A stretch of DNA of 64,000 nt from Octopus bimaculoides (taxonomy: Eukaryota): contig NC_068991.1 in assembly GCF_001194135.2 (NCBI RefSeq), positions 73,073,302 to 73,137,301 on the forward strand. The letters run 5' to 3'. Of the stretch, positions 25,096 through 37,077 are shown piece after piece. Within the stretch, counting starts at the first letter, position 1. The number at the start of each line of letters is the position of its first letter. The translations under genes and the position numbers were made by a program. A model generated the notes under the pieces. It saw only the letters and a program-made list of their open reading frames with translations. It had not been told where the DNA came from and searched no databases.

Positions 25096-26150
25096 CACAC
25101 ACACGCATATATGTATGTATCTATGTATCTATGTACGTGTATAATAAATTGAAAAATTATAATTAATAAACGCTCTAATTGGTCAAAACAACTTTATAAC
25201 ATTCCCATATTATCATACATTGAACATAAATATATATTAAAACATCAGGACATCCAATGGTAAAAGCCAAAGGTATAAAATATACACGTATATACGAATA
25301 ATTGGGGATAAAACCTAAAAGAGTAATACGAGTGAAGTCGAAGGAAGGAAAATATATGGATGAAATTAATGCATAATAAGGGCCTCTAAAAATTTAAGGT
25401 ATTTGATGCCCGGATGTTTTAATATATATGTATCTATGATTTATGATAATATGAGAATGTTACTAAGGTGTTTTGACCAATTGGAACGTTTATACATTGT
25501 ACCTATCAATTTATATATATGTATATAGACCTACAAACACATATACTTACATACATACTGGTATCCATATCATTCGTACACATACATGCATATGCCGTCC
25601 TAAAATATGCATAAACTCGACAGGTTCTACCATAATTATAAGCCTTGATGTACTAATCACTATGAGTGCTCATTAAGTATTTATAAAATTATCATTTTAT
25701 ATCACATTCGATTAACGAGAAGGCTAACTAACTTCTTATAAATGACAACAAGCGTTATATGTCTGTATGCGTACATAAATACATATATACATACATATTT
25801 GCATACATACAATTATTTCGCAGCTCATTAAAATGTACTAATTTGCATGTCTTTATTTGATACACATGATATGAATTTATGAGTTTCTTTTGACCTGATG
25901 AGCAAGTTTAATATCTGCATTAATTTATAAATTGTACAATTTATATTATGTATGTTAATACATGTATTTAAATAATTTATTACTTATCAAATAATAGAAA
26001 ATAATTCATAAGTACATGTTAGTAAGTTACGAAACAATTGTAGTTGAACATGGATATTCAATGGTAAAATAAATTTCACTCATCATATAATTCCTATCTT
26101 TATTTATAATTTATACTTTCCGAATATTCTTCTATCAGACTATACATATG

Positions 26151-26315
26151 ATTTTACCAGGTGTCAGCGCGGAAATAAAAACCTTATAGGTAAATTTTAC
26201 AAATGTTTTATAATTATATACATAATTATAACAAGGGATTATAATTATATAATTATAAAACATTTATAAAATTTACCGATAAGATTTTTTTTCCACTCTG
26301 GCCCCCTGGTAAAAT
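26151..26315. repeat. 165-bp foldback (MITE-like) element
   Basis: Imperfect inverted arms of about 78 bp (attttaccagg...ttataa / ttataa...cctggtaaaat) around a spacer of about 8 nt. Confidence 0.85.
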
Positions 26316-26504
26316 TATTAATGATATTTACCCTTTATTATATTTAATTTTTGAAAAAAATTACTCCTTGATCAACACTATATTAGCTGCAGAGTATGTC
26401 TTCTACTTTGCCGTATATCTCAACGAGTGTGGACAGATTGTAATTATGCGATGACGCTGATCGCATTCGTATTTGAAGATACTCGTACATTTATGCTATG
26501 GAAT

Positions 26505-26572
26505 ATCGTTGCTGATGAGAGGAGTATGTTATATCTTTTTTACTTTAAGCTTGAAACAGGACCTTGTATGCG
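26505..26572 (+). ncRNA. Type I hammerhead-like motif with intact core and eroded stem I
   Basis: CTGATGA 26512-26518, bulged stem II, GAAA 26553-26556, stem III acag-gacc-ttgt, GUA 26566-26568. Confidence 0.45.
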
Positions 26573-27012
26573 TTTAACCAAAAGTTTAAATCCGTATCTT
26601 ACTTTTGCTCGCCTGCAACCCAGTGAGTTATTCTCGGAGATTTTAAGATGGTAATAGCGTCTTTTGGCGTCTATTTTTATAGCGCGTGGAGAGGTTTATA
26701 GCCAATCGCTTATTATAATTATGTATATAATTGTAAAACATTTATATGTATATATATATATAATATATATATACATGATACATGTATACATATATATGAG
26801 GCGCATATATATATATATATTATAAATGGTGTTCATCTCCAAAATGGAGAGGAACACCATTCCTCCATGCGAACAGCTTCATAAATTGTTAAGATATTAA
26901 ATCATTTTTTCTGAACATGAGACCTATGGTAGCATTAATACACAAATAAAAAAATTCTATCCACCAATGCCGGCGGTGTAGAGCACTCATTTGCATCGTT
27001 CAACAGCTACGT

Positions 27013-27063
<51 letters not shown>

Positions 27064-28170
27064 NNNNNNNNNNNNNNNNNNNNNNNNNNNNNNNNNNNNN
27101 NNNNNNNNNNNNNNNNNNNNNNNNNNNNNNNNNNNNNNNNNNNNNNNNNNNNNNNNNNNNNNNNNNNNNNNNNNNNNNNNNNNNNNNNNNNNNNNNNNNN
27201 NNNNNNNNNNNNNNNNNNNNNNNNNNNNNNNNNNNNNNNATACATATATGTGTAATGTATATATTTGTTTGTGTGTGTGTGTGTGTGTGTATGTGTAAGT
27301 TCTTTCTTATATACAAACCTATAGAGCGGAAAATTTGCTGCAACATTCTCTATGCGTTTAATCGTAACATGAGTATTTCTTTCTGATAAAAGAAATCCCG
27401 GAAAATTTCGATCTCTACTATGTGGATCATTTACCATCTCAGTGTTCATACGTCCCACAAGGGAAATGAGTCTTTCTAATGCAGTACTCGTCCACTAGAA
27501 TCTGAATGGGCTTTTTGCGTGTTTGGATTTATTCCCCAAATTATAGAGCGAATGAAATAGCGACCGAGCGTAAGGAAGTTAGAGACGGAGAAACACATTC
27601 GCCATATTTATTGACACAGTTTATATATTTTTCTACCAAGATGTTTTTTATAAAATATTTTTCCGTTCATTTTTGTTGTAGTTGTCTGTTTGTTTGCTAG
27701 AATCATCCTGATTCTGCTCGTTGGGAAACAAGTAAACAACGAATGAAATATCATATGAGGTAAAATAAATGAAATATTGAATACATGTATATAATAAATT
27801 AATAGTAATAATATCCTGAAAGGCAATATTATATTGGATTGAATAAAAATAGCTATACAAATGTTGGTAGGAACTAAAATAACGTTAAAAATGAGAAAAG
27901 TGGTGCAAAGAAATAAAGTATATAGCATAAGATATAGAAAATAGAAAATAAATTTAAGCGATAATACAAAATACACCAAAAAAATGAAACGTAGATAAAA
28001 TATATATTAATAGACGCACTTTAAAAATGGCTTAGATTAAAATACCCTTGTATATAACATTGATAACGTATACAGATGTGGGACGATACTAGCTGTGATA
28101 TTTTCATTCAGAGAAACTTCCCAAAGAGACTTGTGTTTAAAAGATAGGGGATCGCTAAAAATGCCTGTAC

Positions 28171-28216
28171 TTCGCCGTACGCGGTTTCGACCTGATTTCG
28201 TTTTCTCAGTGACGAA
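28171..28216 (-). ncRNA. Type I hammerhead relic
   Basis: ttcgtca-CTGAGAA-aac gaaatcag gtc-GAAA-ccgcgt-a-cggcgaa; stem I 6/7 paired; three G>A changes from canonical. Confidence 0.5.
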
Positions 28217-29728
28217 CAGTCAGACACTCTGAGCTAAGGTGAAAAATGCTTTTGTTGATATAGAAGTCAGTAAAAAAAAAAACGTTTGCTGGTTTGTACG
28301 GGTTAAAAATACCAGTGTGGATAATACGTACAATGAGTATACAAACGTGGAACAGCACTTGTGTTAATATGCTGTGTCAAAGGACTTGTAGATATAAGTT
28401 TATAACAATGAGCTGTTTTGCAGTGAGGCGTAAAATATCTGCGTTTAAATGCTCGTTGTTTTCTGATGAAAGAACCAAAATTCGAAACGTTATATATCTT
28501 ATACTGCACGTACTTTATACCCCTGTTACATTTAAGCGTTGATTAAACTTTACCGATGCAGAATACCTCCAACTGCATCCGTTTTCCCCTATCATATATT
28601 AATAACAAAGGATGACTGAATTGGTAGGGTATATCGATCACAAGTATTGACTGGTACATTATTTTATCGACCCTATATAATGGAAGTGAAAGTTTTCTAC
28701 TGCGTCATTTGAACCGAAATCGTAATATTTTCTAGACGCTCTTACAATTCCTACCAGTACCAAACAAGATATATTTTTACCCATAAGTCTCTTTCAGAAG
28801 ATTTTCTGAGGCAAGATATTAAAGCTAATGCTGTTTATGTCCATCCTAATATTGATTTCTCCCAGTTGGCACAAAGTTAACATGTTGAAAAAATAATGAA
28901 GGGGTTGTAATCGATTTAATTGATAACATATAATACTAATACTTACGTTATCGATGCCAGAATGATGAAAAGAAATTTACAGACGGACATGGTTTGAACC
29001 AGGAATCGGAAAAAGATTAAAATAATTATCGTTATTCAGTTCTTTCGATTAACTAATATGTTGGTTACTGGAAGAGTAGTCGACAGTTTTAATGTGTTTC
29101 CAACAAATACGTATGAGACATAAATATTTCAGATTTAAAGTAATTATAAAGTCTATTATTTAACTCGTTATCGAACTATTTTGCTTTTACAGCTCTCTCT
29201 GACAAGTTAACAACCAATAACCTACATTTCTTGAATTACATCAAAACCGTCAATAAGAGTCTACGAGCTTGAATTTTTGCTTCGAAAGCATTAAATGAAA
29301 GACCATCCGGTTTTATAGCATAATGGTATTTTTTATTTTATTTTATTTTTTTTAACATAGCACCAGTCGAAACATGCTCTTTTGACAGCACGTTTCCTTC
29401 TAAAGTCTTCCACATAAGATCACGAAACAATCAATAAAACATCTTATCGATAATTGTATTACATCACTTCGCTTTTTCACCCGTACCCATTAATATTATT
29501 TTTCAAAAAATATGTTATTGTCGATAAATTCTACTGATTCAATTGTAAACAGTTCTCACGTACAACGTACATGCATTTCCTGGACTACATACATATATAA
29601 ATACATGTATATATATATATTCATGTTATATATGTATATTATACGTATATACTACACTGTATTATATTATATTATATTGTATTATATATATATGTATATA
29701 TATGTGTGTGTGTGTGTCTGCTATAATA

Positions 29729-29761
<33 letters not shown>

Positions 29762-29831
29762 NNNNNNNNNNNNNNNNNNNNNNNNNNNNNNNNNNNNNNN
29801 NNNNNNNNNNNNNNNNNNNNNNNNNNNNNTA

Positions 29832-29979
29832 TATATGTAAATATATAAAAACAAAAAGATAAAGAGAGCAAAGGTAAGGTTGAAGAATTTTATGGATAGA
29901 GTCTTACAGCTCGATCCATAAAATTCTTCAACCTTACCTTTGCTCTCTTTATCTTTTTGTTTTTATATATTTACATATA
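29832..29979. repeat. Perfect 66-bp inverted repeat with 16-nt spacer, adjacent to a gap
   Basis: 29832-29897 is the exact reverse complement of 29914-29979. Confidence 0.93.
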
Positions 29980-30800
29980 CACACGCTAATACACGACTTA
30001 TAATACCCAATCCTGTTCATACAACGACTGGGGCAAACTAATCGGTATACAGCACTTACTCGGTATTACCTGTATCCTCCTGGGTTTGGTTAAATCCAAT
30101 ACCCTACTCAACCTTATATATATATATACATAGATACAATATATGTATGTACTTATGTATGTGCGTGTGTATATTCGCGAATGTATGCGTATGTATGTCT
30201 AAATGTAAGTATCTATATATTCACCCGTCAACGTTTAATTCTTTACAGAAACGTTATGCACATAATACATTTAGAGAGCGAATTGAGCGAATGGCCAAAG
30301 TCGTTAAAGCATTGGACGAGGCATTTGTAATGTTTCTTGGCGTTGTGAGTTCTAATCCCGTTGAGATTAAACTTCTCTTTGAAACTTCCGAATTTGAGAA
30401 TAAAGTATCATTCCTAGGTTATGGATTGCAAAAACTTCAAAGAGGATACCTTGTGGTATTTATTCCAGCCCTTTGTATAGTGAATTCCAAATCCCGCCAT
30501 GGCCGACTTAGATGATAGAATTAATCTCTTACTTGATTTAGCATAACCAGGTATCTTAAGGGCGTTTAACGGAGTTAACTGTTGCAAGAATTCGGGCCTT
30601 TCTCTATCCATTGGTCTCAGAGTCCTGCACTCTGTGTGCACGCGTGCACGCACACACACACATACAGGCACGCCCACACAGGCACACAAACGCGCGCAGA
30701 CACACAGACGTACATGCACACACACGCACACACACACACTCTCTCACACACACACAAACACACACACGCTCTCACACACACACACAAACACATGGCTAGG

Positions 30801-30912
30801 TAGAGACCACTGTCGTTCATGAATGACTATGGGATTGTACATACAAAGTTCCCCTCTGAGGAACAAGTCCGGACAGTTCACCATCCATACCCCCTCTCCA
30901 TGCCACCGATTT
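30801..30912 (+). mobile_element. Short interspersed repeat family D, fragment
   Basis: gagaccac...catgaatgactatgggattgtacata...ctctccatgccacc is homologous, in opposite orientation, to 56125-56250. Confidence 0.65.
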
Positions 30913-31757
30913 TTAAGAAGATAATACACATGATTAAGTTAAGAACAATCGCATCTTTATTTGCATACAGCCTATAGCTATGCGGTTTGCGGTATTAGAA
31001 TTCATCAATCTAATCTAGCTTCCAGATCAAGTGATGGGGATTTTCGAATAGAAAAATGGATACGTATACATGTGGTCACTATAGTAGGCATAATTAGAAA
31101 TAATATTAGCTAAAGGAAAAAAAAAAATGAGAAATGAGACAATGACATCGATTGAAATAATTAATTTAAAATTGTCTGTAGTCTTCCCGTGGTTATAAGC
31201 CATACTTCAGGCTCTCTCCATAAAAATGCAAATTATTTTTCAATAGTAATTCGATACTTCTTGATGTTATCTCTTTGAGCATCGCTACCAATTACCACCT
31301 AGCTTGAGTTTTCATCCAACTTACAAGGAAGTTTCAATTAATAAGTAATTTCTTAAGGAAATATTTTATGCCTTAGTTCATCTGATTTGTTACCTTTAGC
31401 TTGCTTTATTTTTAATACTACAAATTCGGCAATCCGTTATTAATCTACCACTGGGAAGGTACTCAGATGATGATTTGGCTGTCGATGATCTACGTGTACT
31501 GCAGTGAGCATGCGATAAGCTGCATGTGTTTGCTCAGTGTTTTGTTAATCAAGAGGGTTTGCCGATTTTAGATGTATTCGTTGTGGTCACTTTCTGCAAC
31601 AAATTAATTTTGAATATCATTTAAAGCTTCAAATTTTGTTGAGTCAGTCAAATATCTTTAATACACTGATGTACATTCATTTGAAATTTGTTCTTCTTAA
31701 GCACGGGCAAGAATCGCTATTCAATTGTGAAAATAGTGTTATAACAATATTTTAGTG

Positions 31758-31955
31758 AAGGCAGCGAGCTAGCAGAAGAGTTAGCACGCCGAGCGACATG
31801 CTTAGTGGCATTTCGTCTGTCTTTACGTTCTGAGTCGACTTTGCCTTTCATCCTTTCGGGGTCAAAACATTAAGTACCAGTTGTGTACTCATGTCGATCT
31901 AATCCACTGGCTCCCTTCCCAAAAGTTTTCGGGCCTTGTCCCTAGAGTAGAAAAG
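31758..31955 (+). mobile_element. SINE family A (tail A2), with a small internal deletion
   Basis: Full head; tail ...cgggccttgtccctagagtagaaaagaat; flanked by aatattttagtg on both sides. Confidence 0.9.
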
Positions 31956-31973
31956 AATATTTTAGTGTATAAT

Positions 31974-32187
31974 AAGGCACTGAGCTGGCAGAAACGTTAG
32001 CACGCCGGGAGAAACGCTTAGCGGTATTTCGTCTACCGTTATGTTCTGAGTTCAAATTCCGCCGAGGTCGACTTTGCTTTTCTTCCTTTCGGGGACGATG
32101 AATTAAGTACCAGTCAAGTACTGTGGTCAATCTAATCGACTGGCCTCCTCCCCTAAAATTCCGGGCCTTATGCCTAGAATAGAAAAG
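31974..32187 (+). mobile_element. SINE family A (tail A2), second tandem copy
   Basis: Flanked by aatattttagtgtataa (31956-31972) and aatattctagtgtataa (32188-32204). Confidence 0.9.
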
Positions 32188-34099
32188 AATATTCTAGTGT
32201 ATAACATTTTAACGCTCACACCCCATTCCAGTTTTTCAGAGGAAGTGATTTGCAGTTTATGCTGTTTACATCTTTCTGAGTATTATTGACGGCTTTCAGT
32301 AGTAATTTTTTCCTACACTGGCACATAACACAACGAGACAAGTGGTCGCAAGTACTTGATTCCTATGCTGCTGAGAACAAGGACATCTTTCTGACGAGCA
32401 AATACGGCCTGGAATACGAAGAAGGAACTTCAACAAAATTTATAAATCAAATATTTGAACGTCAAAGATATTGACTTTCTTTAGGATATGTGTAAAATGT
32501 AATGTTCTCTGTGGAACCGAGTCTAAGACTACAAAGGAGCTTCAAGATACGACTTGATAGTTTGTATACCAAGTTCATCATGGAGTTTCAAAACGGCATG
32601 AGCAGAAGTCGAAAGGAGGAATTTATAGGCACATTCCACCTATCCCCCGTACTATTGTTCAAAACATGGCGGGATATGTTGGTGCTTGATATTGCTGGAC
32701 CTCAGGGGATATCCGATGAAATTTTTGGGGTGACAAAATAGTAGAGGCTTGTGGCTACTTAGCTACATTAATTCTTTTGGTAGAAACGCACATAAATTTG
32801 AGGTTCAATCAAAATTCATGATGTATAGGAATTTCTGGTGTAGCATGGTGAAACGTGTCTTAATTGTTGCCGCTTGAAGAAATACTAATATTTAGCAGCA
32901 AAACAAACTTCATCACTGATGTCAATGATTTATTCATGAAATACTTCTTGCTAGTTCATGTCAGTTATCATAAACAATACTAACGTTAACCATATAAGTT
33001 ATAACATTTTTAGAACCCTGTATTAACGGGTGATGTAATTTATAATAAATAAATTCAATGAAGTAGTGTGTTAGAAGAAACTTATTCTTAATCTACCGAT
33101 CGATGACAGAGGTGATAAAAACTTATTTATGATCAACGATAATGAAATTGATTGTGTATAATGATACGAATATCAAATTCAATGGCATTTTAAGAGCGTC
33201 GAACAGAAGTTTAAGTGTCTTCCATTTTAATGATCTAACAGAGACAAAGAAAATAAAGACTTGTACAAACCGTTTAGAGGAAGACATACAACGCTCAAGT
33301 CAACAAACCTCTCTCTTCGCCTCGCTAATTCTACCTATTTCGTTCATCATTCCTTTCTTCCCTCTTTATCTCTATCTCTCAATCTCTGTGCATCAACTGA
33401 ATATTCCATGCAGCGAGTTGAAGTCAAATCAAAGACTTGAAAAGATGTGACGCAAAATATTTAAGTTCTACTATATTCTAATAGAGACAGAATAAAGTAG
33501 GAGTAAATCTATCCCTGCGTGCGCACATTTTAATAATAAATTATTATACAATCCCTAAATCTTAAAATTAGTATTCAAAGACATTTAACATTCCACCCAA
33601 CTAGATTCATCTAATGTCCAGCTAATCACATAAAAACAGCAAATAGCTTTCACTGTTCTACAGCCGTAGCAGCGTAGACGAAGGGTGAACGTCACAGAAG
33701 ACATTCAACTGTCGATATAACAGAGATACGTACTTCTATATGTATGAATTTATCTGTGCAAGCGTGTTTGTATATGCACACACGCATATATATATATGTG
33801 TGTGTGTGTGTNNNNNNNNNNNNNNNNNNNNNNNNNNNNNNNNNNNNNNNNNNNNNNNNNNNNNNNNNNNNNNNNNNNNNNNNNNNNNNNNNNNNNNNNN
33901 NNNNNNNNNNNNNNNNNNNNNNNNNNNNNNNNNNNNNNNNNNNNNNNNNNNNNNNNNNNNNNNNNNNNNNNNNNNNNNNNNNNNNNNNNNNNNNNNNNNN
34001 NNNNNNNNNNNTATATACATACATACATACATATATATATATGTGTGTGTGTGTGTGTAAATGTATATATATATATATACATACACATACACAAATATA

Positions 34100-34510
34100 T
34101 ATTTTTTATTCTTTTATTTTTTCAGTCATTTGACTGCGGTCATGCTAGAGCACCACCTTTTAGTCGAGCAAATCGAACCCAGGACTTATTCCTTGTAAGC
34201 CTCGTACTTATTCTATCGGTCTCTTTTTACCGAACCGCGAAATTACTAGGACGTAAACATACCAGCATCGGTTGCAAGCGATGGTGGGGGGACAAACGCA
34301 GACACGCAAACACACATACACGCACACATACATATATACATATATACGATGGGCTTCTTTCAGTTTCCGTCTACCAAACCCACTCGCAAGGCTTGGGTCG
34401 GTCCGAAGCTATAGTAGAAGACCATTGCCTAAGGTGCCACACAGTAGGACTGAATCCGGGACCATGTGGTTGGTAAGCAAGCTACTTAGCACACAGCCAC
34501 ACCTGCGCCT
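34100..34510 (-). mobile_element. SINE family B, full length, uninterrupted
   Basis: Reverse complement aligns end to end with 10910-11459 minus that copy's insert. Confidence 0.92.
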
Positions 34511-34727
34511 ATATAAATACACACATAGGTATGTATATGTATATATATGTGTGTGTGTGTATATGAATATATTTATGTATGTGTATATATATATGTATGT
34601 ACATATTTATATANNNNNNNNNNNNNNNNNNNNNNNNNNNNNNNNNNNNNNNNNNNNNNNNNNNNNNNNNNNNNNNNNNNNATATATATATATATATATA
34701 TAAGCAATGTTAAATCCCTGAACGAGG

Positions 34728-35055
34728 TATTAACAGTAACTGCACGACAACGTGAAGTATATTTGCCACTTAAATGCGGCTGAACCCTAAGGGTGGATGC
34801 TACTGTTGCTTTTAGCCCCAGGAGAACATCTCCTCCAGCTGGCTATTGACACACATCTGTGTCCTGTCTGTATTTGCAAAGGGAAGTCATCCTTCCCATC
34901 TTGATCTGTGATACGCACGGACTCGAGTTTCTGGGAATTTACCCGTCCTCAGCGTACGACAATCTCACCGACCTTCGATGCGAAAAATGTCCCGTTGCAA
35001 ATACGTATATACTTTTTCCAGTGAAAATATTCACTGATCTCGAAATTGTGAAAAC
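34728..35055 (-). mobile_element. 328-bp non-coding insertion flanked by a 26-bp direct repeat, carrying a hammerhead ribozyme
   Basis: aagcaatgttaaatccctgaacgagg (34702-34727) and aagcaatgttaaatctctgaacgagg (35056-35081), 1 mismatch. Confidence 0.8.
34914..34958 (-). ncRNA. Type I hammerhead ribozyme (near-canonical)
   Basis: cgtacg-CTGAGGA-c ggg taaatt ccc a-GAAA-ctcgagt-c-cgtgcg: 6-bp stem I, palindromic stem III ACUCGAGU, GUC triplet. The only defect is a C-A mismatch closing stem II. Confidence 0.8.
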
Positions 35056-35081
35056 AAGCAATGTTAAATCTCTGAACGAGG

Positions 35082-35200
35082 CTTTGGTTGGGCCAAGGCT
35101 ATAGTAGGAGTCTCTTGACTAAGGTGCAACACAGTGGGACTGAACCGAGAATCATGTGGTTGGGAAGCAAGCTTCTTACCACACAGCCACTCCTTCACCT
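35082..35200 (-). mobile_element. SINE family B head (host of the 34728-35055 insertion)
   Basis: ctttggttgggccaaggctatagtagg...cttaccacacagccactcc is the reverse complement of the family B head. Confidence 0.85.
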
Positions 35201-36896
35201 AATATTTCATTTTCCTTGCAGAAACAAAGTATGAATACTTTATAGTCATACATTTAATCCTACATTTTCCACAATAAGCAACCACTAGTCGATGACTGCT
35301 CCGTTTACTCGACATGTGTAAAATATAGTTAATATTTCATGTTTTTATTCATTTTTCTTGCAGATTCCTAAGTATATCCATTTCATTGTCATACCTTTAA
35401 CCTTACATTTTCCATGATACGCAACCACCTGTTCGATGACTTCTCAGTTTGTCACACAGTTCTCGTATATTCTTTAAATTGGTCTCACTTCTCCTCATAT
35501 CATACATAACCGGGTGACAATGTTTCTTTATTTGATATTAGTATATCTAAACTATAATTATTTAGAACTATAAATCTCTTAAAATATCTCCTGCATAAAT
35601 TATATCTTTTCTGTAACTATCCTCTTCAACTGCACCAATTTTTATTGATTCTCCAGACATATATATATTACTCATTTTATTATCGTTATACTTGTTATAA
35701 TTCCTTTTATCTACACAGTGCCTTCCAATACTAGTTATTTAAATACCATAAATCCTACAGTAGATTCTTCTAAAATATATTATTCGCTTCTTGAATACTT
35801 TCTATTCTTATCCAAATACACATATTTCTTCTTATAAACCTTAATGGCTGTTCGCTTTTCTCTTTAAAGAAAACTCTTTTCAATATCAGTTTGCTACTAA
35901 CGCATTACAAACACCAATATTTTAAACCTTCCTCTCTACTTCCTTTCTACATTATAAATGTATTACGTCATTCTTTACTCTTACTCCCTCCGTTTAAGAC
36001 GGGAGATTGGTTGGATCGTTAGAACGTCGGATGGAATGATTTGCGATATTCGTTCACACGCTCTCTGCAATGAGTTCAAATCCCATCCAGATCAACAACG
36101 CTTTTTATTTTTAACGTCGTGTTCGAAAAATGAAGTTCCAGGGAAATACTAGCATCCATTCTTCTCTCCTTTTTTCTCACTTTCACTTTCGCTTTCCATT
36201 CTCTCTGTTCCCCGCTCAATCTTTGGAAGAAGACAGCTGTGTTCAAACTCAGAGAAGGATGAACTCGACCAGTTTCAAATCACCTTCGACGAGTCGTTTA
36301 TCACGACGGTGCTCCTATGACTCCAAGAAGAGTTCGGACGACCAACATCATTTTCATTACTTTTATGACCATCACTACTACTACTACCACCACCACCACC
36401 ACCACCACTAGATCTAACATTGTTATTGAGATGTTTAAAATCTAATAATTCATCTCACCCATATATGCTAAATCGCCCCCTTTCTCTACTGGTTCCTCCC
36501 CTATTTATATTTACTGTATTTATAATTTACATTGTCACCTGCTATTCTATAGTCACCTTAGAGTTTTCTTTTTCATTAATCTTTACATCAGTTACTGTTC
36601 AAACATGATTGTTAAACGTTTTCGTTTACCTAAGAAAGTCCCCCCCCCCACACACACACACTTACACACACGCAGACGCACGTACACAAGTACGCACTTA
36701 GTGCTGAAGCTTATTGTGTGGATGTTATAAGTTATTCACCTTCATCAAATATTTATTTAGTTTCACAATATGTCGGCTATTTTGATTTGTATATTTTGTT
36801 GTTGTTATGATAAGCACTGGAGCTCGCTCTCATATTCACATATTTTCAAATATCTATGATTAGTTTTGGAACAATATATATATATGTATATATGTA

Positions 36897-37077
36897 GTGG
36901 AGGTGCAATGGCTCAGGGGTTAGTGCAGTGGACTCGTGGTTGTAGGATCGCGACTTCGATTCCCAGACCGGGCGTTGTGATTGCTTATTGAGCGAAAACA
37001 CATAAAGCTCTAAGAGGCTCCGGCAGGAGGTCGTGGCGGACCGTGCTGTACTCTTTCACCACAACTTTATCTCACTC
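36897..37077 (+). mobile_element. SINE family C, 3'-truncated
   Basis: ggtgcaatggctcaggggttag / cttcgattccc tRNA-like head; body matches 49319-49707. Confidence 0.85.
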
